Assembly (NCBI GenBank): GCA_964016885.1
Contig: OZ024741.1
Span: 115,258,001-115,322,000 of the forward strand
Source of the DNA: Eledone cirrhosa
Lineage: Eukaryota
DNA length: 64,000 nt
Reading direction: 5' to 3'
Within the stretch, counting starts at the first letter, position 1. Every line of letters starts with the position of its first letter. Below are positions 48,641 to 64,000 of the stretch, piece after piece. A program made the translations under genes and the position numbers. A model generated the notes under the pieces. The model did no database searches, was not told the DNA's origin, and worked only from the letters and a program-made list of their open reading frames with translations.

Positions 48641-49912
48641 TTATCTCTGTTCAGGATTTATATTCCTGTTGGTGTTCGCTTGATGAACTTTTGGTCGTGA
48701 TATTATATTAGGTTTCGTTATGTATTTAGTCCTATATTTGGTATTATGTATATTATTTTTCCATTTCTTGTTAGCATTATTTTTCACAATCTGGGGAAAT
48801 GACCTAGGTTTGCTTTCAGGTTTAGATCGTTTTTTCGCCCAGTTTCTTGTGGGTAATCTCTGTTGAAATCTTGAGAGTGATCTCCTTATTGTACGTTTTG
48901 TTTCCACATTCCTTGTGGGTAGTCTCTGTTGAGATCTTGAGAATGATCTCCTGATTTTACTACTTCTCATGGTCTGGTCAAAGGAATATCTATCGTGTTT
49001 GTGCTTTTTGTTCATGTTGTGTGCGATAGGGTGTTTTTGTAGAAAAAGCGAAGAGTTATTACCGTAGTTCTTCTTTGATTCAAGGTAAGATGAGTGTTTG
49101 TATTGGCACGTGTTCTGGCGTATGTTGTGCTGGTGAGATTGTCCACTTTTAATGCTTTTTATCAGGGTTCCAGAGTCTTTACCGTAATTTGCAGCATATT
49201 CGTCGAGAAATAATTGTTTCTGCTGCCATACCTTTCTTGATTTGTTTTCTTCTTTTGAGATATCTCTGATCCATAGTTCTCGTAGTTTTTCAGCTATAAT
49301 ACCAGTCATTAGCCTTGAAATTTCAACTTCAATTTGGTCATCGATAGCTTCATATTTGGCTTTGTAGCGGGATTGTTTACATTGAGAAATGGAGATGTCG
49401 GTCCTGAATTTTGTCAATGTAAGTTCCCATCGGAGTTTTGTTTCTTCTTCTGGTTCTCCAGCAATTTCTGTAGGATATAGGTATTTACGAGGGAGTATGG
49501 GTGCCGTTAGAGAGAGCCATTTCGAATGTGTTTCGACATATTTTTCGCATTTGTATGCTTTCCAGAAGTTTTGTTTTCTTATGTTAAGAAATGTTTTCCA
49601 TGTCTTCCATATTTCTATTCTTATTCGATGTGTTTTGTTTTCCAAATTTCTTTCGTTTAGTTCTGACATCCAAGGGGCTTGTGGTAGGCTTTCTCTTGTA
49701 TCTTTGATAACTATTGGTATAATTTCACCTAAATTCTTAATTACAGAGTTTATATGTTCAGTTATAAGTTTTCCGTCTGTAGATTGTTTTTCTATTTCCT
49801 TTAAAATAGAGGATTGTGTGTCAATCATCGTGATAAGTGTTGATAATTTCGATGATATCTCCTTTAGAATTGTTTCTGATTCTGTTGATTTCATTTGTTG
49901 CTTTCCAGACAT
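48641..49912 (-). CDS. N-terminal helical/basic region of the PLE protein
   Basis: 423-aa ORF between the 5' pLTR and the RT, on the same strand. Confidence 0.6.
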   Translation of the reverse strand: MSGKQQMKSTESETILKEISSKLSTLITMIDTQSSILKEIEKQSTDGKLITEHINSVIKNLGEIIPIVIKDTRESLPQAPWMSELNERNLENKTHRIRIEIWKTWKTFLNIRKQNFWKAYKCEKYVETHSKWLSLTAPILPRKYLYPTEIAGEPEEETKLRWELTLTKFRTDISISQCKQSRYKAKYEAIDDQIEVEISRLMTGIIAEKLRELWIRDISKEENKSRKVWQQKQLFLDEYAANYGKDSGTLIKSIKSGQSHQHNIRQNTCQYKHSSYLESKKNYGNNSSLFLQKHPIAHNMNKKHKHDRYSFDQTMRSSKIRRSFSRSQQRLPTRNVETKRTIRRSLSRFQQRLPTRNWAKKRSKPESKPRSFPQIVKNNANKKWKNNIHNTKYRTKYITKPNIISRPKVHQANTNRNINPEQR

Positions 49913-50116
49913 GTTGGCATATACACAATATGAATATATATATAGAGAGATAGATAAATATACACGGGTGTATATGATTGTGTATAGAAGATTATATTAA
50001 TAAGAGAAATTCTAACTTTGTCTGATGTACTCATTTTATTTACAATCCTTTAAAATTTAAAATTTATAATGGTATTATAATGAAATATGATAGAATATTA
50101 AATGTTAAGTGTTAAT

Positions 50117-50155
50117 TGAACAAGTACTTCCATGCTTTCGCAATCTTCAGGTTCA
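50117..50155 (-). ncRNA. Minimal hammerhead motif with GGAA in place of GAAA
   Basis: UGAAC-CUGAAGA-U-UGC(GAAA)GCA-U-GGAA-GUAC-UU-GUUCA. Confidence 0.6.
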
Positions 50156-50209
50156 TAATGTGTGGTGACAGTCAACTTTGCTATTTTCAACTGTAATGAG
50201 ATGGGTAAA

Positions 50210-50293
<84 letters not shown>

Positions 50294-50380
50294 GTAGGAG
50301 GTGAGTTTTATTGTAGTACAATAAAGCAATGCAGATATCGGATAAGAAGCACTCTACAGTTTGTAGGACTGGAGTATACA

Positions 50381-50577
50381 TAATATATAAGAACAAAAGA
50401 TGGTTAAAAGAGTTCCATGTATTTTATTATGCGCATTTCAAAAACAAATATCATCATGCAATAATATTTGTGTTTTCATCAGATAAAACAGGAAGACAAA
50501 TATTATTGCATGATGATATTTGTTTTTGAAATGCGCATAATAAAATACATGGAACTCTTTTAACCATCTTTTGTTCT

Positions 50578-50586
<9 letters not shown>
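50381..50586. repeat. Perfect inverted repeat, 91-bp arms and 24-nt spacer
   Basis: 50381-50471 is the reverse complement of 50496-50586. Confidence 0.92.
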
Positions 50587-50608
<22 letters not shown>

Positions 50609-50651
50609 CAAAGTGTTAAAACGATCAAATTTTAGTTTAGAACATTTATTA

Positions 50652-50696
50652 GCTGACAATTGTTTCTTCCAGAGGGAAGTCTGGATTCATCGGAGC
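50652..50696 (-). ncRNA. Hammerhead-like motif in an orphan pLTR remnant
   Basis: GCU-CCGAUGA-A-UCCAGA..UCUGGA-A-GAAA-CAAUUG-UC-AGC, then AATAAA and (TA)n. Confidence 0.55.
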
Positions 50697-51412
50697 ATAA
50701 GGAATATCGAAAACGTCTAACTAGAATCCTAGTCATTTAGAACATTTAGGGTACATAATTATTATTAGTGTCAAAGGCATCATGTGAACAGTCAGGAGTT
50801 AAAAAGATGTTCCACTTGAAATAACACAATTACAGGCAGCACTGATTGGAAGTGTAATAGGTATAAGTAAAAGTAAAAAGCACAACCAAAAAAATGACAA
50901 ACAAAAAAACACTGGCAAAGAAGTTATTGGCAAGGATGATCGGTGTACAATGCAGGAGTCAATTCAGTCAATAATGCACGTATGAGGAAAAAGTTATAAT
51001 GCAGTTGAAATAAACATTTTGGGGGGGGGGGGGGGGGGGTTAAAGCATGTTATATTTGTTATAAATGTTTAAGATAGTGTACAATTTGTTAGAGAGAGGC
51101 ATGTGGTGATAATGTAGGTATTTTTTATGTAAGGTGTAATGTAAAGCACTAGATGGAGTTGGGTATGTGATTTTCATTCAAGTGTTATTGTGTTGTAGTT
51201 CGTATTTATGTGCATGTGTTGTTTGTTACTCACAGCTATGTCGATGCCGTTTCTATGGGTGTTTCTGGACTACTAGGCCAGAAATAGCCCTCGAAACAGC
51301 TTGAGCTCTGCCGTCGGGGTCTTGAACATTTTTCTATTTCCCACTCTACTACCCTAAGTATTGAGTATTCTGGTGCGTTATGGTCCAGCTGGTTCCTTAC
51401 GACACATCTTCG

Positions 51413-51458
<46 letters not shown>

Positions 51459-51715
51459 ATATATATATATATGTATATATATATATACGGGATAACACGT
51501 TATCGTTATTGGCAATCCACTTAGAGGTAGTCCATCAGTTAGAGTATTCTGTGTTGTGGATGGTATTAACGTATGGCTTAGTTTGACTCAACAAGACGCT
51601 TCCATAGTGATGCAGCGATTTCGCGGTGATTTCTATGAAGGTTATACTTGGAGTAATAATAATTTAAGAAATAAGAGTAACATGGTTGGCTGTACAATAA
51701 AGGCTTTAATCACAG

Positions 51716-51824
51716 TGCTGACAATTGTTTCTTTGATCTGGTAGGTCTAGAGCTCGCTAATCGCTTGATGCTGCGTTAATCGAACTCCAATACTTTATTT
51801 ATAACCAGTCAATTCATCAGAGCA
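51716..51824 (-). ncRNA. Hammerhead motif with long loop II
   Basis: UGCU-CUGAUGA-A-UUGACUGGU..ACCAG(A)UCAA-A-GAAA-CAAUUG-UC-AGCA. Confidence 0.7.
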
Positions 51825-53644
51825 AGCGGATGTGCAGATAATACGCAAGGAATGGGTTTTACCGAGGAGTGGTATTAGACCAGTGCACGGTTCTTCATCG
51901 CATAGATACCATAACATCTTCAATAGAAAAAACTATAAAACTTTCATACTCAACTGCAGCCAACATAGAAATCGCACATGCGTAAGATCAACCACAAGAA
52001 TATCTCTAAGGAAACTACCCCACCAATACGCAACATAGCTCCAAACACTAAACACAAACACATAACATTAACACAACCACAAACGCATCGCAACACACCA
52101 CAGCAAAACTTCAATAGGCATGAATCGTAACCCACACATAACAATTTGCAAAACCGCAATGTAAAAGCTACCCAGAAATAATACATCAAACTGCACTTGC
52201 CTTACCAGATAAGAGCCCATTAGGGAATAGGTGTCTAGATTCTAGCTTAGTGTACATGTGTACTGTAAACTCGGGCAACTCCATCTGGCACTACATTGAA
52301 TACACCGCAGTTGTTTTAAAAAAAAGGTGGTATGTGCACAGACACTCAATGAAGAACCGTGTACTGGTAAATTCTACAACCCTCGCCAATAAAATCTGGC
52401 AACTTAAGGACAAAAACCTTGTTTACAATATTAGCTGGTCGAAATTAGCGGCCGCAAAAGCCTATAGCAGCGGTATGTCGCATTGCGGGCTCTGCAACTA
52501 TGAATTACTACATATCTTCAGGTACGATAAAATGCTACTCAACAGCAAAATAGAAAAGTCAATTTTCTGCAGATATAGGACTGCTACTAAATTTACGAGA
52601 TTTAAACCACCGTGATTCGAACCAGCATCCCCAAAATTACTGGAAAATTACTTACACTTTAACGTATGAAATCCGCATTCTCACACAACCATAATCTTCC
52701 ATAAACACCTTCCAGCCTCCCTACATCTATACCACCAAGATGGGGAAGTAATGTCTACAAACATCTACCAATTATCTTGTAAGTCCATAAATCAATCTCG
52801 TCGTTGCTGTTGTTTATTCTTTCGAACCAAACAATTATATCTACATATCTCATATTAGCACCCATGATCACTAACAGATGAACTTAATTCTAAGTACATT
52901 ATATTATTACTCTTACACTCCTTGTAACTATTATTTCCTTCTTATTATTATGATCATCTCAATGTACCCTATCCCTAATTTTATTCATCATGTTCTCTAT
53001 CTATTTACCATGCATATTTTATTGTTGATATTATTGTCTTAATTATACACTTAATTATACACTTAATTATACATTTAATTTTTTATTGATGTTGTGAAAA
53101 CTAAACCCCCATGATTCGAACTAGCAATCCCAACATTTAGAATAAGACACCTAAACCTGAATACTGAATCTACAATTTCACTTAATACCACCTGAGAACC
53201 ATATATCTTTATACACTCACTCAATCAATCTCACTAAGTTGATACAACAAAAATACTTATCTGTCAAACCATAAATCAATCTCCAGTTTATTGTTAGTGT
53301 GCTTTTAGACCCACAGCACACTTATATCTAGATCCCTCTTAATTACACTTAAAGTGTAGGTTCCAAAAATCTGAATCTATGTACATTTTATTAGTTATCT
53401 CTTCGTCCCTCAGATACTACATATAATGTACCCTATAGTAGTTCTCACATGTCAATTTCATACATCTGTATCATATCGGTTCGTTTACCATGCTAATTTT
53501 ATCATTATATTCTATTTCTTACTTATATTGATGTTATTATTTTAACTATTCAGTATCCAGTTATTTTGTTATTGATATTATTGTTCTGGTCTAATACTAC
53601 TCCTCTATAAAAGCCATGCTTTGCGTATTATCCTCACATCCGCT

Positions 53645-53753
53645 TGCTCTGATGAATTGACTGATAATAAACCAAGTAATTGAGATCGATTGACGCAACA
53701 TCAAGCGATTAACGAGCTCTAGACCTACCAAATCAAAGAAACAATTGTCAGCA
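53645..53753 (+). ncRNA. Hammerhead motif with long loop II
   Basis: UGCU-CUGAUGA-A-UUGA..72 nt..UCAA-A-GAAA-CAAUUG-UC-AGCA, then AATAAA. Confidence 0.7.
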
Positions 53754-53848
53754 CTGTGAATAAAGCCCTTATTGTACAGCCAACCATGTTACTCTTATTT
53801 CTTGAATTATATATATATATAATTGTTCCGTATAACCATGCCCATTAT

Positions 53849-53884
53849 GAGCTGAGGATCCGCTAAGGTGAAAGAATTGTTCTC
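53849..53884 (+). ncRNA. Minimal hammerhead-like motif
   Basis: GAG-CUGAGGA-U-CC(GCUAA)GG-U-GAAA-GAAUUG-UU-CUC. Confidence 0.45.
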
Positions 53885-53983
53885 CGTATGGTGAACTAAC
53901 TGTTGTGTAACCACTTCTACCTAACTCGCCTCATGGACTGAGTGCTCTACCACTACGGATATTACCTCTTTCCAGTGTTCTAC

Positions 53984-54027
<44 letters not shown>

Positions 54028-54595
54028 GACGTAAATAAGAAAGTTATGAAAATTGACTTGCTTACTAAAATTTCACTCCAACTAATTAGTTTCTGTAAGG
54101 GGATAAATATAGTTACGTAATAACTATAGAGAAGCCTTACGTCATTAGGGAGTCTATTCTCGGCTAAGCTTCGAGGCAATGCGGGGACACTGGGAACTTA
54201 TATAGAAATAATTCAGTGGATGGAAAAAAAGCGAGCGGGACTAGATTCCAAGCGATAGAAAAATTCACTGCCTTCTTGGTCAATTGGCAAATTCAAAAGA
54301 ATCAATCACGTGACACTGAGGTTAACCAGCTTAGAGTGGGGGCGCTATTAAGACAGAGCCTAGGAACTACTATCGGTCACAGTAGTAATTTCGGCAAATT
54401 TTGCTCCACAAATAATTTGGAGATAATTATAAAGAATTAATATATCTACCGACATATGTATACAGAGGGATACCTACGCTAGCAGATATATATGTTTTGT
54501 CTTAGTAACTTTGTGGTTCTATGCAGGGGAATGCAGAACAATTATATGAAAGACTTAAATAAGAAAGTTATGAAAATTGACTTACTTACTAAAGT

Positions 54596-54623
54596 TATAT
54601 ATATATATATATATAAATATATA

Positions 54624-54703
<80 letters not shown>

Positions 54704-54849
54704 TATATATATGTATATATATACATATGTTTATATATATGTATATATATATATACATATGTATATATATATGTATATATATATGTATATATGTATATAT
54801 ATATGTATATATATATGTATATATATATATACATATGTAAATATATATG

Positions 54850-54901
<52 letters not shown>

Positions 54902-54935
54902 TAAATATATGTATATATATATATATTTATATATA
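54596..54935. repeat. (TA)n compound microsatellite
   Basis: Directly visible. Confidence 0.97.
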
Positions 54936-55037
54936 AGTAAGATGTATGGTAGGTCGTATGTGAATCGCGATGATCACGTCTGACTTACCAAATATGTGAC
55001 GGTAGCTAGTTAAGCTCTATGCGTATACGCAGAGCAG

Positions 55038-55242
55038 AAATATTAGTGAAAAAGAACAAAGGAACTATTATGACATTATAACAAGTTTATTGCCGACAGC
55101 CGTTTCGTCCGACCCCATGGTGGGACTTATCAAGGCATATGATGCCTTGATAAGTCCCACCATGGGGTCGGACGAAACGGCTGTCGGCAATAAACTTGTT
55201 ATAATGTCATAATAGTTCCTTTGTTCTTTTTCACTAATATTT
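55038..55242. repeat. Perfect palindrome (101-bp arms, 3-nt loop) carrying a hammerhead on each strand
   Basis: 55038-55138 is the reverse complement of 55142-55242. Confidence 0.95.
55143..55189 (+). ncRNA. Hammerhead ribozyme, U3-A8 variant (mirror copy at 55091-55137 on -)
   Basis: UGCC-UUGAUAA-GUCC..GGAC-GAAA-CGGCUG-UC-GGCA, then AATAAA. Confidence 0.75.
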
Positions 55243-56568
<1,326 letters not shown>

Positions 56569-56596
56569 GTAGAACACTGGAAGGAGGTAATATATA

Positions 56597-56617
56597 TATA
56601 TCAACTAGAAATTGATT

Positions 56618-56654
<37 letters not shown>

Positions 56655-57320
56655 AACATATGAAACAATCACAGGGAATAATTTGTAAAAGCGTGTAAGC
56701 ACACACAGCTAGGTAGGTAACTAATTAAAGTTTAACTAGAACTTTAAATATAGATACCTTTTAAAACGATTAATCTTCCTCAAAATGATTAAACTTCCTT
56801 TAAAGAAATATATTTCACCATCAATCAATCGATCGGTAAATCACAGTAGTCAAAATCGTATTTTCAACAAGGGAGAAGAGTTAACTGTCTGTGTTTACAC
56901 AGCAAATGCAAATCTGCGAATGACTAGCAGCACGTGTTGCATTTTTTTAAAAATACACACATCATACCAGCTTCATCCCAGAGTGTGAATAGGATTAACG
57001 ACAACTAGAAATAGCAGCCGAGTCCTTTCAACTGAGTTAGCTCTACAATTATATATATATGTAAAATTAAATTAAGCGTGTCATGTCCGAGAGACACGCG
57101 CCATATCCTTGTTGAAAATCCGATTTTGACTACTGTGATTTACCGATCCATTGATGGTGAAATATATTTCTTTAATGAAATATATACAAGGAAGATTACC
57201 CATTTTAAAAGGTATCTATATTTAAAGTTCTAGTTAAACTTTAATTAGTTACCTACCTATCGGCGTGTGCTTACACACTTTTACAAATTATTCCCTGTGA
57301 TTGTTTCATATGTTTATTTT

Positions 57321-57389
<69 letters not shown>

Positions 57390-57410
57390 AATCAATATCT
57401 AGTTGATATA
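56597..57410. repeat. Fold-back with imperfect arms of about 280-300 bp and a spacer of about 230 bp
   Basis: 56597-56873 is reverse-complementary to 57106-57410. Confidence 0.85.
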
Positions 57411-57943
57411 AAATGCTCGGATCTATTCATTGGGATCTTTGAACATATTCTACAGTGGATATGGCGTATGTCTATCGGACATGACACCCTTAATGTAATT
57501 TTGGATATATATATATATATATATATATTTAAAATATTCTACAGGACTAGAACTGTTTCATTGCTGGTATTTATATCTTTTCTGATGGTAGGAGAGGGTG
57601 GTAACTAGGATGGGTGGAGGTCATTAGTTGATGGGTTAAAAGAAAAGGGAATTCTTAAAAAACTATATTTAGAATAGCAGAAAGGCAGAAGAATAACAGA
57701 AAGGGAGAAAAAATTCTATACAGAGGTTCACTCTAGGGTGCCAATCCTTGTTTTTATAGTTCACTTAAGCTAACAGTACTTTTGGTCAGGTTTCTCCAAG
57801 CACATTCACAGGCTCACACATATAAAGCCCCACTCACACGCACTCGCAAAAACACACACTCTTATACCTATATGTATACATATATATATATATATATATA
57901 CATACATATACACATATACACACACACACACACACACAGATAC

Positions 57944-61335
<3,392 letters not shown>

Positions 61336-61483
61336 TTATATATATATATATATATATATAATTATATATGTGTGTGTATATATATATATATAATGGAAAA
61401 ATGTGAACAGGGACAAAACAGAGAGGCAGTACAACGAATGTTTATTAATTTCACGCTCTGGAGAGTGGGGTGTTGGTGGGGGG

Positions 61484-61513
61484 CGACGTTTCGGGCATAA
61501 GCCCTTCCTCAGG
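61484..61513 (-). ncRNA. Ultra-minimal hammerhead core in a probable pLTR remnant (about 61393-62290)
   Basis: CUGAGGA-A-GGGC(UUAU)GCCC-GAAA-CG-UC; stem I only 1 bp; AATAAA downstream. Confidence 0.5.
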
Positions 61514-62292
61514 TGAGAAGTGTGTGGGAACAGAGTTCAAAGGGTGTGTAGGGGAGTGGTGGAGAGACATATAGCGAAAGGAAACGGTGCGAATGAAAAA
61601 ATAAAAAATAAAAAATAAAGATAAAAATAAAAATGATCAAAATACAAGGAATGAAATAAATTTAAATATAAAAGCATGATCAAAATAAACTGAAATTAAA
61701 AGGGGGTAAAACAGGTGGTGGAAGGGTGTGGGGTGTGTAGGGATGGTGGCGAGTGGAGTGGGGAGAGGGAGACGGGGTGTCCGAGCGGGGAGGGCTGAAG
61801 GTAGTGTGTGTGTGTAGGTGTGCGTGTGTGTGTGTGTGTGTGTATGTGAAAGTGAGGGTTGGGGGAAGAACGGGGTTGCATGTTCAGGAAGAGGTGGGGT
61901 GGGGGGTCGGAGTGTCTGTGCGTGTGTGGATAGAGGGGAGGGGGGAGAGGAATCAGGATGCTGAGGGTGTAAATATGTGGTGGAAAGCACGTATGTGTGG
62001 GGTTTAAGCGTGTTGTGGGTGTAGGTGGCGTGTGGAGAAAAAAATGTTTTTGGGGTGTGTGTGTGGGTGAGTTATATAGGTGATTACGTAAGAGGATGGT
62101 TGAAAAGTAGGTAAATTCCAATGATGTTTAGTGGATTCTGTGTTGGTCAATTTCTGCGTGTGGGTATTCCATGAAGCGATGGTCGGAAGAGGAGTGATGT
62201 GGGGTGCGCGCGCAACAGGAAGTGGTCAAGCAGTGGGAGTGCTGTGTGTCTGTTTGTGGTGGGAGGTGGTCAGAGGGCATAGCAGCAGTCGG

Positions 62293-62333
<41 letters not shown>

Positions 62334-62343
62334 GGGAGCGTAA

Positions 62344-62392
<49 letters not shown>

Positions 62393-62402
62393 GGGAGCGT
62401 AA

Positions 62403-62458
<56 letters not shown>

Positions 62459-62469
62459 TTACACCTCCC

Positions 62470-64000
<1,531 letters not shown>

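Larger units (their letters stand above)
46180..50204 (-). mobile_element. Penelope-like element (Neptune-like) with direct pseudo-LTRs
   Basis: Direct repeats of about 250 bp at 46180-46430 and 49952-50204; RT+GIY-YIG ORF; flanked by (TA)n. Confidence 0.9.
51659..53812 (+). mobile_element. Naiad-like Penelope fragment (GIY-YIG + 3' pLTR) with inverted 5' pLTR
   Basis: 52250-52615 reads VY.CTV..Y..T..KKRWY.H..S..TTLANKIWQLK..W..CGLC..E..LLN; inverted arms at 51659-51834 and 53635-53812. Confidence 0.8.

Noticed and set aside
51250-51310. Stem-loop followed by GAAACAGCT, hammerhead-like
   Set aside because: CUGANGA box and cleavage triplet are absent; at most a decayed relic

Overview
Repeat-dominated animal genomic DNA. 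The SINE remnants and very high TA/CA/AAT microsatellite content look cephalopod/Octopus-like, but that is an inference. No host gene is supportable. (1) 1-30.4 kb: one (AAT)n microsatellite locus expanded to over 30 kb by non-LTR retrotransposons of two unrelated clades in strictly opposite orientation. R4/Dong-type RT+RLE elements (families A and C) are always on +. Two-ORF Tx1/L1-clade APE+RT elements (B and D) are always on -, including one intact full-length copy at 18446-24473. The array also holds an 8,777-bp duplication, a 5'UTR/ORF1 module swap and a possible short intron that would fuse ORF1 to ORF2. (2) 31-62 kb: several Penelope-like elements (Neptune-like, Naiad-like and others) beside (TA)n tracts. 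They carry about 12 minimal hammerhead-ribozyme motifs, including recurring atypical variants: A.A or U.U at the base of stem II, about 75-nt loop II insertions, and a U3-A8 core swap. Fold-back palindromes, SINE remnants and Helitron derivatives also occur.
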